A stretch of DNA of 64,000 nt from the human T2T-CHM13v2.0 reference genome, Homo sapiens, in NCBI RefSeq assembly GCF_009914755.1, contig NC_060941.1; one strand, written 5' to 3'. Positions 44,422 through 60,959 of this stretch are shown here, one piece after another (position 1 is the first letter of the stretch; each line of letters begins with the position of its first letter). A model generated the notes under the pieces. It worked only from the letters and a program-made list of their open reading frames with translations, was not told where the DNA came from and ran no database searches. The position numbers and the translations under genes were made by a program.

Positions 44422-45659
44422 TAACACTATTTCATGTTCTATGTCTATTTACATATCTCATTATTTAATGTCTGTCTTCCCTGCAGTATAAGTTCCATGA
44501 AGGCAAGGACTGTATCTTTGCATTGCTTTATCTCCAACTTCTAGAACAATGCTTAGCACAGAGTAGGCACTCAATAAATGCTTCTTCCTGAATAAATAAA
44601 AGAATAACCCCGTCTGGGTTATATGAGGTCCCTGTGGTCAGAGAGAAACGGCCTGTTAGCCTGGGATAAAGAATGAATGGATTTGGAAAGGTATTGATGA
44701 CCTGTGGTTCCATGAGAAAAGATGGCTTCTATATAGTCCTTATCTGGCTGGTGCAATCACTGTTCCCACTCCCAACTTCAGGACTCTGTCCCCAGGCTGC
44801 ACTAACCAGAATGCACTCCACTGCCTCCAGGCCACCACCCCACTGCTTCTACTTGTTTCTGGAATTGCCTTTTCTAACTTCAAACTTCCACCCCCCCTCC
44901 ACTGCCACTGTCATTCCTGACATATTCATTTCCCATAGCACCTATTAATATGTGACATACACATTTCACTTACTTGTTATTGACTACCGACTACCACCCC
45001 TGAACCGTAAACTCAGTAGGGCAGAAATGTCTGTTTCTCACTGCTGTCTCCACAGGCACCTACAACAGAAGACAATCCATAAATGACCATGTGATGGGTG
45101 CTCCATCAATGATGAAAGGAATGAATGAGTACCTTTTATGGCATGGTGGGAGGTGGAGGTGGCGGGAGCACTTGAAGGTGGAGGAGATTGGTACATGCCT
45201 GCCCCTTGTGACTGAATCTGGAACAGGTGCACGTTTCTGCCTGCTTCGTGAAGCAAACTGCCAAAGTCGAACCAAGGCAAGTGACTATTTCTTCCTAGTT
45301 TGACTCATCAATTCTCATCATTTTCTGTATCTTCAGGGGTACCTTGACTTAACTACTTGGTAACAGAGTTTTCAGCCCAGTAAATTAAGTTGGATTCTTG
45401 ACCAATATTTTTACTTTTTAAATGCATTAGCAGAGAATCTAGTGTCTGTCTCCATCTTCATCCCTCATCATCTGCTGCGAAAGGCTTTGCTTTAACTCAT
45501 TCCCACCAGATAGGAGCTCAGGCTTCACCTCCTGAGCACCAGCATCATGCATCCAGGCCACTGTAAATGAGGGAACCATTCCCGGTTTATAAATTGGGGA
45601 CCTGCCTGTGAAGTAGAAGCCAAGACAATAAGGACTCCCAGTTGCAGAGACGGTCAAGA

Positions 45660-46330
45660 GGGCAGGTGGGCCCCATTCAGGGAACGAGGGTGCGGTTCCA
45701 GGGTCGTGGGAAAAGCCTGTCTTTCCTCACAAGCCGGCAGCCAGGGGGCGCTGCAGGCTGGGGCGCTGTGAAGCTGCTGTTGGCTGAGGGCTCCCCACTC
45801 AGCAAAGCGGGGCCAGAGCCGGGGATTCAGGAGAGAGCGGGGCGACGACCGCACAGCACACAGTGGGCGAGGCAAAGCAAAGTTCTTGGTTGAGTAACCG
45901 CACCCCACCCAACCCCAAACGTCCAAAGAGAGGCAAGGTGACCAAGGCAATCTGGAGAAGATAAGCCACACACACCAGACAAGCTCCCCGGCCCTCCCCA
46001 GCTTCAACAAACACGGAAAGCAAGGAGCCAAGAACCAAAACAGAGACCCACTGAGAGGAGAGCCACCTTCCGCCCAGCAGCCAGCTTTCCTGTGCCCACT
46101 GAGCACGAGATTATGTGTGAGGCCTCGTGTCGGGGAGCGAGATGCACCCGAATATTCCCAGCCCCCGGCAGCTCACTCCGGAGATTTCCTAGAGAGGCAA
46201 TGCAGCCATGAGGTGGGAGTAGAAGGAGCCTTCCCCTCCCCACCACCCCCCGCCTCCAAACCCCGTTCCTAACCTAGAATCCTCCAACCTCGCCTGTGAC
46301 ACTCTCAGGACCCGCCACCTGACTCGGGGC
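45660..46330. promoter_or_regulatory. GC/CpG-rich candidate regulatory element with CTCF-like motif at 45735-45753
   Basis: Local CpG enrichment, CGGCAGCCAGGGGGCGCTG, and GC boxes (gcggggcg, ccgccc). Confidence 0.5.
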
Positions 46331-49300
46331 TGCCTTTGTGCAGCCTGGCTGGGGGCTTCTCAACATCCGCTTCTCCATGATCCTGGCTCTTGTGTCCCTT
46401 GATCTGGCTCTCAGGGTCCTTCGTTCCGGGCTCCATCTCTGTCACAGGGCTGGTCTGGCCATAGGCCCTGACTCTATAAGGGGACTTGAGCCAAACCGAG
46501 CACTCAACCCAGCCCATGGCTCTTTTTTTTTTTTTTTAATGGGATAGTCTAGCCTCTACGCATCACCGCAGTTGTGTTTCTGTGTCTCAAAGGAAATAGT
46601 TCAGCATAGGCGATTGGTCATTAGGCCAAACACTACTAGGGAGTGTGGAGAGGAGAGAAGGCACTTCAAGCAGAGAGCAGGGTGAGCAAAGGCCCAGGGT
46701 GAAGGGGCATCGAGTGTTTGGGGAGCATTCGCAGTTCTGCATGGCTGGAGGGTAGGGGCCAGGAAGAGCTGGAGGATGACGTTGAAGACAGAAGCGGAGG
46801 GACCAGGTCTGGCCAACTTTATGTTTGCCCAACTAAGTCACCTGGACTTTACCCTAAGGGCAATAGGGAGCCATTGAAGAGTAAAGCTGGAAAGTAGCAT
46901 GATCATGTTTGTGCTTTAGAAAGAAAATCCAGGCCACAGAGCAGAAGGTGGATGGGAAGAACTGGGAAGACCAGGGGAGCAATAATGGGTCTCAATCTGG
47001 GCAGATGAGGGAGAGGGAGAGCAGAGGAAACTCCACAGGGTTGATTGGGGTGAGAGAAGATCCTGGGATATTCCCGGGGTCCCAGTTTGAGGACAAGATG
47101 GTGCCTTCACTCGAGGGGAGTACCTCTTGCATTTCTCATGTCCCCTTTTCTCCCTTTGCCTGTGGTCACCAATATCTCAATTGCTGGTCTCAGCTCTAGT
47201 GGAAGACCCAGGCTGCCTCAGCCTGGCCCCTACCCCTTCACGCTCACATAATCCTGCCTCCCCCAGTAATGCAGACCCCTGGCCACCCAAGCCTCTGCCT
47301 GGAATCTCCCCACTACCTGGCACGTGGGAAATAGCTTCCCTGGCCTGTCCCAGCTGCAGTCTCCTGCTGTGGTGTGGTGTGCTGAACACCAGTTCATTGA
47401 AGACTAGGTGCATTGCCTTTGCTCTAACAGAATTGCCCCACGGTTCCCCTCAGTCAACTGCGTCTGCCTGGAAGATGCTCAAAGCAGGAACTCCTCCAAT
47501 TTTTCTCTCCATCCAAGTCTCCCCAACCTGAATAACCCACCAACCTATTCAGTCAGAGGGTCTGAATTCATTTGACAAAAAGGAAGAATGGGATTGCTTG
47601 CCTTAAAACTGACCCAAACTGTGGCTGATGTCCAGATCCCTCACACAGCCATTTGACACTTAGTCACCTCCAAAATAGAAATGATCTCCCCAGAACCAGA
47701 CAAACAGAAAAAACTCTTCCCTACTAAGCCCGCTGTCTGTTTGTAGACAGCCATTCCCATAGCGCTGTTTCCTCATGAGCTGACCATTAACCAACCTTCC
47801 TGTATCCATCTGGACACATAATTGCAAGTGACAGGAATTCCAACTAAAACTGAATTGATCAAAATAAGGAATGTGTTGGTTCATGTGGTTGGAAGTTGAG
47901 AAGCACACTGGCTTCCGGCAAGACTTGATCCTGGCCACAGCTCTTGGTAAGCTCTCTCCCTTTAAGATACTGAGAACCCTTAAACAATTATTCATTCCTT
48001 TATTTCTCTATATTTAACTACCTTGGGCCAGATACTGTTTCAGGTACTGGGAATGCAGAAGTGAACAGAACAGTCAAACATCCCTGCCCTCATGCCTATA
48101 ATATATCTCTAGAAAAAAAATGCAAAAAACCTAGTAACTCTGGTTGCCTCTGGGGTGAAGAACTGCCTGGCTGGGAGAAGCTTCTTCCTCAAACCTAGTA
48201 AGAAAGAGGAAGTCTTGGAATTGAGATGCAGGTCTTAATTGGTCTGATTCAGGGTTGGTGCCCATTTTTGATTCACCGAGCCTGGCTCAAGTCAATCAGT
48301 GGCTGCGTGCAGAAGGCAGTCTTCCCTTCCCATGACTAAAGGTTTGGGAAATGTGGTAGGAAGAGGGTGGAGGAAGGGGAAATTCCTTCCAGTTTGGTAA
48401 TAGAGACTTTGGAGTCAGGAGCTCTAAGGAAATGGGCCCCAGGGTCTTGGAGAGGAGTGCCAGCCAAGGCTGGGCCCAGCTCCTCTGCAGACCCTCAGGC
48501 TCTCCCACCCACAGCCAAGAGGTGAGGCTGTCCTGAGCATTTTACACCTGTGGTCCCAGCTTATTGTAAAGAAAGACCACATTTATATACAGTCCCAGAT
48601 TCATAGGTCAGCCTATTACAAGACCATTAACACTAAGACAACCCAGGACATTTTACTACCTTCTCTTTAAACCAAATCCACCCTACCCCCTGGGATTTCC
48701 CAAGCCAGCGCCATGTTCAGGGAAGACAGAGCCACAGTCAGGGCTAAGGCCAAATCCCATCAAGAGCACCTGAATCAGCACCTTTAAACTTCTGCAGCTT
48801 TCTTCTCGAAATAAAATGTTGCTTGGAAGCCACTTCCACTTTCTTAGGAATCCCTTCAGGAAAACGCTTTGGGGTTGAAGAGCCAGAAATGAGCTATTTT
48901 AGATAGCAAAGAGGATGAAAAGTACAATAGCAGAAATGAACAGGCTGCTGGCAGTGTCAAGGGAACAAGGGGAGGAAACAGGGAATGCCATAATATAATG
49001 TGCAATGGAATCAGAAACAGCCCAGAAAACACTACTTAGTACATAAATGTTAAACAAAAGCCATGTCCAAACATACTTGGTTTCCCTTTCTCCAATCTTC
49101 TCTCATTTGGGTCTATCAGTATATTTACCTTGCTGCTATATTAATTTCTCAAACATCTAGTAACAGTTGTGGCCACACTCAAAAACTTAACAACTTCCAA
49201 TGCCTTCAACCGAAACTATATGTGTCTAATTTGGGCATTCAAGATACTTATAAGATTACTTTTAACTACCTTTTCTCCCTTATTTTTCACCCAACTCCTA

Positions 49301-51229
49301 CATTTTGGGTCACAGATCATAGAAAGCTTTTGAATGGCCTGACAGTCTTTTAAAGGTTGTTCGGTTGTAGTATAATCTACCATTTTACTACTTTTGGCTT
49401 TATGCAGTTTTGGTACCACAGCTATTTGAGGTTATGAACATTTTCCTTTCCAAACAATCTAATAACCCACTCTGATTAAACTAGCTTTACTTTTTTTCTT
49501 TTTGCCTTTAGAGATAGCAGAGTACCTTGTACACAGTAGGTGCTTAATAAATATTAATCCACTCTTGTTCCTTAGCTGTACTCATGCTTCTTCCTGTTTT
49601 GGGAATGATCTCCAACTTTTCTTTGTTTGCCAAAAAATAATCATCCTTCCAGGACCAAATCAAAAGTCAACTCTTCAAAGCCTTCCTGTCTGTCTTGTCA
49701 CAGGTGAGATGACCCTCTTCCCCTTCAAAGTATGACTTTATCCAGAAAATGTATACCCTGTGTGTCTCAAGTGTTACAGAACTGATACTGTTTGTGTAAG
49801 TGTGGCTATTTGTGGCTGCAAATGCAAAGTCTTTGAAGACAATGTGTTCTATTAATTTCTGTATCTACAGTATTCATTTAGCACCTGATGCCTACTAGTT
49901 ATTGAGAGATTAAAAATGGATTTCCCGAATAAATGGAAGAATGGGTGAAGTCTTGAGCAGAAATGGGCCATTTGAGGTCTGCTAAAGGTCTGAGTGGTTG
50001 AGGAGAGCTTATTCAGTTCCTTCAAGGATTTTCTCCAGGCTTTCCGCCCCTAGCCTGTACACAGAGTAAGTCTGTATTTAGAGTAATGTGATTTAAAGGT
50101 CACATTTATTAGCAAATAGCCGTGTTTATAAATTTAGCTTGTCAAAAAAGGGAGCCTTTGAAATTAATTCTGTTTGCTGAGACTAGCACCAAGTTCAACC
50201 AACAGTGCATACTGAGCCGAGGTAAGTGAATTTCCAGCCCATGTGGCTTTTACAATCTTATGCTCCTCACCCACTCCTTTGTATATTGTTTTTGAAACTT
50301 TACTTAGCGTTTTTACTGCATGACTGGATCTTTAGGCTGAAATTTACCTATTTAGTGTTCATTTGTTATTGTTGTGATATTCTGCTTTTAAAAGTTTACT
50401 GACTGGAGGAGATGGATTTCAGGACCTAGTGTGATTTTTTTCCTCTCCAGGCCAGTCACCCTGCAGGGCCCTCATCTCTTTTCTTGAGAGAGTCCAAAGA
50501 CTGTGGGACTGGGCCTGCTGGTCTGCTGGTGTTCTCCCATCTCTGCCTCTGAGCACCCTGCTGGAAAGGCTACCCTGAGATGTTGGTGGACTGGATCTCT
50601 GATCTAGAAAAAACTGCTCAGAGGCAAAAGCTACAAGAGGCACGTTCTGGCATGAATGATACTGGCTCTTCCGGCCCCCAGATTGCAGATCCACAGAGAA
50701 GACTATGGGTGAAAGATGACCCCAGGTGTAGAACTTCATCTTAGGAAGAGATCACCCAACCAGAGACTTCGTACACATCATTTGGTTGATTTTAGTTAAC
50801 GAGAGCATGGAAGATGTTGGAATAATTGCTAACAATCCTGGCCGGGGAAATTAGGAAGCCCATCCTCTAATTAAAATTTAATGTAGAGGAACTGACCATC
50901 ATGAATGAATGGACTCAATTCCTTGAGAAGAAGACAGATAATTTCAAACTATTTCCTAGAACAAGTAAAGGCACTCAGTTGTACAGAGTGAGGAGGTTTC
51001 CCTAGGCAAGATTGGTGGCAGCCTCAGGATGTATGGGGCCGGAGGCTGTTATATTCTCACTGGGCGAGAGAAATGGATAGGGAATGATAATGATGAATGA
51101 GTTTTCTTTCAAAGTACTCACTAAGGGAGGCTCTCCATTTTCTTTTTCCTCACTAAAGTGCCTCAAAATGCTTAAAGAATTCCACTTTGGAATTACTTCC
51201 GAACTAGTTTATATTTTCTATCCCATGAC

Positions 51230-51440
51230 TCTACAATTGCACCTCATTTTTAACCAAAAAATCATTTCCTGCTTCATCAACCACCTTATTCATCAGACGT
51301 GGCCCTGGATGATTTTCGGTTGTTTCCAAAAATGAAATTCAACCTCAAAGCTTAAAGATTTACGCTATCGCAGCTCCTGAAGAAATGTGCCATCAACTCT
51401 AAAGATGAAGAGGAGTTCCAGATATATTTTGGTATTGAAA
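51230..51440 (+). mobile_element. Ancient mariner transposase remnant (MARNA-like)
   Basis: 51272-51361 translates to LHQPPYSSDVALDDFRLFPKMKFNLKA*RF, matching the mariner HPPYSPDLAPxDFxLFPxLK..LKG.RF motif. Confidence 0.75.
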
Positions 51441-53175
51441 AAAATTTACGTCTCATTATTTTGCCATCTCATACATTTTCATATCTTCTTCTCTTATATT
51501 GCTTTGAAGATGAAACTCAGATCTGTATAAAGTATTTCAAGCATATTAACCAAAGAGTTGTGCTTAATCCAGCCACCTGTAACTAAATTTCTGTCTCTAT
51601 AGTGTCTCGGAAAAAAGAAAGAAAGTGGAAAGGCAGGTTGAGAAAAAATAGAAGTGCATATAATTAAATCATGAAAGAGTGATGGATACATGATGTGTTC
51701 TACTTACTCTGTGCGGCCTCTGCCAGCCTTGTGTACATGATGTGTGGTAGGTTACATCATACCTTTGTTACTTTTGGGTTACTAAAGTAATACATACTTA
51801 CTGTAGAAAATTAGAAAAAAAAAAGAAACAAAAGGAAGAGAATTTAAAATCATCTGTAACTCTATCAACTATGGAATTTTGATCTTTCACCTTTCTAGTC
51901 TTTTTTAATAGATTATTTTGTGGCAGATTTAATTCATTAGTGTTCTTGTTTGTTTATTTAAAAAGATAGATACAAACAGAAACTTCCATAAAACAGGTAG
52001 AGTGAATTGCATTAACCTTTAGTCAGCTCTTTCTTCCTTTCCTTATAGGAAACCAACTACCTTGATTTTTACAGTACTCAGGGTTTGTTGTTGTTGTTGT
52101 TTTTCTTCATAGTTTTATCATCTAAGTCAAAAGTCATTTTCCTTTTCTTCTCTACTATGGTCACTATGAGATCATGGATTTTTATTTATCTAAGTGTAAT
52201 TATTATTCTTTCTAACACTCAAATTGTCCTTAAAATATGGCCAGTGGGAGCTTCATCAAGCAGTTCCTGGGAACTTCTTGCACAGTCCCACTAGCCCAAA
52301 CACTCCTTTGCTTTCTGATCCAGCAAGACTTTTCAGGCTCACATGGTGAGCTTCCTGCCCTGACTGTTTCTCCAGTGACCCCTGGTTTCTGTTAGGGGTC
52401 ATTTAGGAATGGAGATCAGGGAGCTTCATGCACCTTGCTATTGAGGTGCCAGTGTTTCTGGTTCCTTCAGAGGACAGAACTAGGAAATATACACACATAT
52501 TTTAGGCTCATATTGATATTTCAAATTCAAATGTAGCATTGCTATATTTCATAAATTATTTGCCATTATCTTTTGGCTCTCTTTTATTTCCAGCTTTTTT
52601 CTCTATGTGTGATTGCATGCATGTGTACAGATGTGCCTGTCTGTGTGTTGGATATACTTGACAATTTACAAAATAATCACTGTACAAGTAGAAAGTTCTG
52701 GATAGGAAGCAAGACAATGCTTTAATGGTGACAGGCCCCTCTGGTATGGAAAAGTGTTTGGGGGTCAATATAGAAGGTCCAGATCATCTTACCATGAATA
52801 AGTGGAGAGTAAAGAAGACGTTCTTAGTGTCAGGGCTGGGCTAGGCTGAACAGGGTACTGGGACTCATGCTTCAGCCCGTGGACCTCCTTAGGGGAACCA
52901 CATCAACGTGGTGGGCCACATCGCTGACCTCCAGACAGGTCTTTTGAAAGAAGACTATGATGAACATACCTGCAGGGCAATCTTTTCCCACATTTATCTT
53001 ATAAATGTGGACACTTTCTTATAAATTATGAAAATAGAAAAATGTCCTAAAATGAAATTGCTGGGTCAGTATATATATCCAGTTTTAAAGCTAAATACTG
53101 ATGCATATTGCTAAATTGAACACCCAAAAGACTCTATCAACTTATGGCTCTATAAGTGTTATATATTTAGTCTAG

Positions 53176-53849
<674 letters not shown>

Positions 53850-53894
53850 TAAAAATGGCAAGAGCCTGCATTGTATGCTGTTAATGGAATGTGA

Positions 53895-54326
<432 letters not shown>

Positions 54327-55077
54327 TAAATCATTTCATCACTTTATTAGTTTCTTGGAAAGAAATGTGAAAACTTTATTTGGAGAGAACTGTTTGTGTA
54401 GGCTGTAGACCTGTTCCATGTCATTCTGGGGTTACTAAAGTCATAATGGGTTAGAAAGCTGTAAGGATACAAGATGTAATTAAAAAGAGCCACTAATACA
54501 TATTCCCAAACCAACAGGAAAAGACTAAAGATGCTGCATGGTACTGAAGAATTGCTCATGGTATAAATTTGTATTTGTCTTAGGTCGTTATTATTTTATA
54601 CATAGCTTAAAAATTAACATGCTTGATTCATTTTGGGAGTTTCCTTGCCAAAATTATAACTAATCCTTATGTTTTGGATGTTGATGTTTGTGAGAGGATC
54701 ATTTCCATCCCGTTACTAATTTTTACAGAGGAGGGTTTGAGGGGAAGGGGGGCTTCCCCTCAAAGAGGGGAATTTGCTCTAGATCATCTGGGAAGCCAGC
54801 TGTGAAGTAAACTGGGTTAGTTTTTCTCCATTTCCTTTTCTGAAGGAAAGTTTTTTGTAAGGACTGATTTTCCATTTCACCCAAACCTGAAGCTCATTAC
54901 AGAGAAAGGATATCAGTTGTATTTTTAAACCTCTTTTAGCTTGTAGACAGTCGTGCATGTACACAAATATAAATTTACTGGAGCAGAGACAGCCTAAGGA
55001 GGGATTGCGGGGATTGCGGTCACCACCAGTGACCGAAGGCTGCTGTCTCATTGAGAATCCCGCAGGCAGGGTACAGA

Positions 55078-55892
<815 letters not shown>

Positions 55893-57220
55893 AGGAAGGT
55901 GTAGTGGAGGCCAGAACACTGGGAATTACAAACTAAGGTTTTGTGAACAAAGAAACAGCTTAATCTTTATAATTTTGTTTTTAGAAACTGATCTCCAACG
56001 ATGTTAGAGATCAGCTAATTTTGTAAACATTTACAAAAGTTTAATAAAATCATTCTGATTTATCTTCAGAACTCCGAATTCCTACATATAATTGCTACTC
56101 AACATCTCTATGTGGATGTCTAGTAGACATTTCAACTCTTGTTCAGAACTCATCTCCTGATCTTCTACCCTTAAGTTTCTCCTGTTGTGGCATCACCCAT
56201 TTAGTTAATGGCAATTTCATCATTATAGTTGCTCAGACACAACACCTAAAAATCATTGTTGACCCCTCCCTGGGATCAACTCTGTCTGGGATGTAGCTCT
56301 GGTCTGAGCCACCAGCATCTCTCACCTGGGTTACTCTTACCTGTTCTCTCTGCTCCTACCCTCCCTGACCAAATCCCCATTGTCCATTTTTTGTTAATAG
56401 CCAGGATGATCCTTTTAACACCTAAGACCGTGCACTTTTCTGCTCAAAACTATGTAATGACTCCTCCTTTCAATCAGCGTCAAAGCTGACATCTTAAAAT
56501 GCCCTTAAGACCTTACCTGCTCTGTCTCAACCTGTCCCTCTATGAGCCCGTGGCTCCCTGTCCCGCCCCCACGCTGCTCCAGCCACAGTGGGCTCCTGAC
56601 TGTTCTTTGGACACACCAGACAGGTTTCTGCCTCAGGGCCTTTACCCAGGCTCTTCCTGCCATCTGGAATGCTCTTCCCCCTTATATATTCAAACTCCAT
56701 TATTTTCAATATTTGTTCAGATAGTAAGCTTCTCACTGTATTCTACTCTGACAACTCTACTTAAAAATGCAAGTCCCACCTCCTGCACCAGAATGCTTGT
56801 CACCCCCTTACCATTCTATACTTTAAAAAAAAAAAACTCTTTCTCACCCCCATTAGGCATTTAAACCCTTCTACTTATTTTGTTTATGTTTCTTGTTTCT
56901 TGGTTTTCTCCCCTAGAGTAAATCCCACAGGTCAAGAGTTCTTGTCAGCACTTTTTCTCTACATAACACAAGAACTTAGAACAGTGTCAAGCAAGTTGAA
57001 GACATATAATAAATATTTGATAAATGAATGGCTGGATAGAATGCCTTAAGAAAAACTCGGGTGACTTGGAATCATCCCTAGTATTTGAGGTTGTTATCAA
57101 TTAAAATCAATCATGAGGAATTAATTGGGGGTATTAATAACTGAATCTCCTTCCAATGCAAGTGACAAAAATTCAATTCACCTTGGCTTAAACCAGAAAA
57201 GAAAACAAAATAAATTTAAT

Positions 57221-57523
<303 letters not shown>

Positions 57524-58005
57524 TTACAGAATGGGTTTCAGGCATGGCTGAATCCAGGGGGTCAAATGATGTCATTGAGATCCAGTCTGTTTATTCTCCT
57601 TCTTCTGTGTCAACCCCTCATTCTCAGGCAGCCTCTCCCTTTGTGATGTAAAGATGCTGCATCTAGGCTGTTATGTGACCAGCTCAACCACTCCATGAGA
57701 AAGAAAGGTACACTTGTTCTCTGTCGGCTGTCCTTGCTCTGAGGCTCTCTCAGCAAGGGAGTGTGCACACATCTGTATTTACGTCTATGTCTGTAATTAA
57801 AAACTGTGTGTTCAATCTGATTCCTCCCATTGCAATCCAACCATACAGGTTTGATTTTTGATTTCTTTCTTTCTCCTGTGAGTATCTTCCTTCTCTGACA
57901 GTGAGAAAGTACATCTCCACGTCTTATTTACTCATCTGATTGATCCTTCTTTATGTGATCAAACCCCCCATCCATCTTTGCTGCTGACCCTTCCCCAGGT
58001 GGACA

Positions 58006-58460
58006 CCCTCCTCACCCTGCTAGGGCGCTGGCAGCTTACTCAGTCTGCTCCTCTGCAGAGGTACCCTCTTCACTCCTGCTCAGGTCTGGGCACTCTGCAC
58101 CACACCTTCCCATGTGTGACGCCTTCTTACCCTACTTGGGCTTTGACACCACAGGCCAGACCATGCCTTTGTAGAAGTTGTTTTCTTGCCTCTGGGGCTC
58201 TGACCCCCAATGCTAAGCCACTCTGTGAGTAGGTGCTCTCCTCACCCTGCTGGGGCTGACACCCCATGCCTCACTGTCTCTCTAGGGGACTCTCCTTTTC
58301 TGCTCACACTCTGAGTCCCCACTGTTTGTCACCTAAAGGCATGCACAGGAGCCCTCCCCATCCTGCCCATAGGTTCTTAACACCCAACCTCAGGCTCAGA
58401 CAATGCAGGCGAGGCCACTCCAACATGGGGATGCCCTTTTCACCCTGCTTGGACTCATAC
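58006..58460. repeat. Degenerate ~57-bp tandem array (probably the 3' region of an old L1MC-type element)
   Basis: Recurring ccctcctcaccctgct.ggg.(t)ctgacacc at 58006, 58064, 58122, 58181, 58236, ~58291, 58352 and 58434. Confidence 0.65.
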
Positions 58461-60959
58461 TCATAGGCCACCATGTTTTCCTCCCTTTCCTGCATAGGTG
58501 TGACCTTGTGCTGTCCCAATTAATAGTTTTGAGGCTGAGTTGCTCAGGAAGGGAGGAAAAGGGAAGAGGAAGCAGAAGCACCTTTTATCTTCATTTGTGT
58601 CTGTCATCACAAGAGACTCTGGACCTGATGCTGTCCTTGATTTCTGAGACTCAAATGCCCACCTGGCTCCATAGTCAAGGAAGCAATTGCCGCTGCCTTT
58701 AATCAGTCCTGGCCGGGGACTCCTCTCACCTTTCCATGATCTGTTTTCCTCCCTGGCACTTATCACCCTCTGACCTATTTGTTGCATGAATTCCTCCATT
58801 TCTAGCAGTCAGTGCTGTGCCTGGCACATGGAAGTACCAAGAAATATTTCCTTAATGATTGAGTCCTAGAACAGAACGCAGTAATGAGGCTGTCCCACAT
58901 GGCCAGGGAGGCTCTGGGTGCAGTAATGAATATGGAGGATGTGTCTTCCCTAAACCACACTCAACTCAGTCCAACCTGCTCAGATTCTCGGCCTCAGTGG
59001 AATTCTTCTGTGCATCCTGGGTTCTATAGTTGCTAATGCTTCAGTGTCTTTTCATCCCAACACCCCATCAGGGCCACCTCCTTTGGCCTGTGAAGGACCA
59101 GTGACTTATGGGAGCTGACAGAGGAGGAAGTGTAGTTAGCATTCATTCATTGCTTATGTTGTACAGGCTGTCAAAACTAATGAAATTTTATGACAGACGG
59201 GCAACGACCAGCTTCCTGGTGTTATTTATCTTTCTCGCTTCTGGCTTGGAGCACTGGGTGATTTTTCATTTATATTTAAAAATGCCAAGATGACTAAGCG
59301 CAATTCGCCTACTCAGAAAACTAGCAAATTGTATCAATGCACAAATGTAATTAATAATCATCAGGCATGAGAAATGAGGAGCAGTTAAGCAGGATAGTCT
59401 ATCTTTCCAATTCTTCTCCCCCTCCCCTACCACCATTTCAACCAGTTCCCAGACTCCAGGGACATACGTCACGTTTTTTCTCTCTTTGCTCACATCTGAT
59501 AGCCAATATTTGCAATGACAAGCAAAAGGTCCTTGTGGCTGGTGACATGAGTCCCCATGGCTCAGTAGACATATTTATAGCCACCTTAGAGGAGATGATG
59601 CAAATAGATGTAACGCATAAAAAGAAAAAGACGAAAAAAATGGAAAATTTAATGTAAGAGGGAACGGAGGTCCTGGGAGACAGGTTAATTCTAGAGTGAC
59701 AAGACCCAAGATTGTGAGACTGTGTTTATGTAACCAAGAGAAACCCACAGAACCAATTCATCATAACAACCTAAACCTGGGGGCTGTATGTGCCTTGACA
59801 AATTCGTTTATATACATCACTTAATTCTCTTATCTCCTCATTCCTGCAGTATGTTATCTGTGTTTCCTTTGCTCTCATCTCTACCTGCTATTGCAGGGTC
59901 TCTAGGCTCTCAAATTTCCTGCTCTGCACAAATTACTTCTGGGAGGTCTCCAGAGGTATCTCAAATGGGTTCACTAATAAACTGTTAGGTCTCATGTAGC
60001 ATCTGCATTATTTTTCTTCCTTTCTCCTGCTACCATCAGACTTTTGATGAGCTGCATCCTCAAGGCACCAAAGCGACAGCCCCACGTCCTCTGGAGACCT
60101 CTGAGGGTCAAGAGCTTTTCACATTCTGTACAGTCAGGAGAATGTTTTCTCTCCACTCCCAGCATTTTCATAGGGACTTTAAAATTGTGCAGCTATGTTC
60201 CAGTGCCTTCTAGATTTTTTTTTAGTAAACAGTTTTTGGGTGAGCAGACAAAGCTGAAAGGCAAACATTATAATACTCTACTCAAAAATCCAAGCATTTG
60301 CTGCCATGACTGCCATGACTAAGGCTTTGTTATGGGTCCAAGCTTTTCTGCCTCACCTTCTCTCTTTTGTAATGGGTTATTTTCCAGAGGGCACGTCATT
60401 TTAAAAATGCAAGTTGGCATTGGAAAGGTGAGACATGTCCAGACATACCAGCCTCACAGTAGTGAACACTTGTTCAGGCTCAAAATGGCACATCTTGATC
60501 ACCACGGTGTACTTACGCAGGGCCCACAGTGTGCTAGCTGCTCCAGGTGCTGCAAAGTGAATCAGACACAGGACCCAACACGGTCATGCAGTAAATAACC
60601 ATTAGGACTAAATAAATGGTGGGGAAAGTAAAAATAAGTGCAAAAAGAGATATACGGATAATGTGGTAAAGAGGAGAGCTACTTCCTGTAGCCTTGAAAA
60701 TCGAATGGCTTAATGGAGGACCCAATAGAGCCGAGCCTTGTGAGGACATGAACATGTAGAGGAGTGGAATCCAAAAGGTATTTCAGCAAGAGGGAGTGCT
60801 AGGAGTAGAAGCAAAGGGTGAATGTTACTAGCAATATGAGTGGATTAACAGAGTTTCAAATTGGCTAAAGCATACCTTGTTTGAAGGGGAATGGTTAGAG
60901 AAATCATAGTGGAAATGGGGAGTGAGACCTCCGGGGCATGTTTGACCAGTGGGCTGAGA

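Noticed and set aside
58006-58460. CRISPR-like array
   Set aside because: Human DNA, highly degenerate repeats and no cas genes; better explained as an old LINE-derived tandem region.
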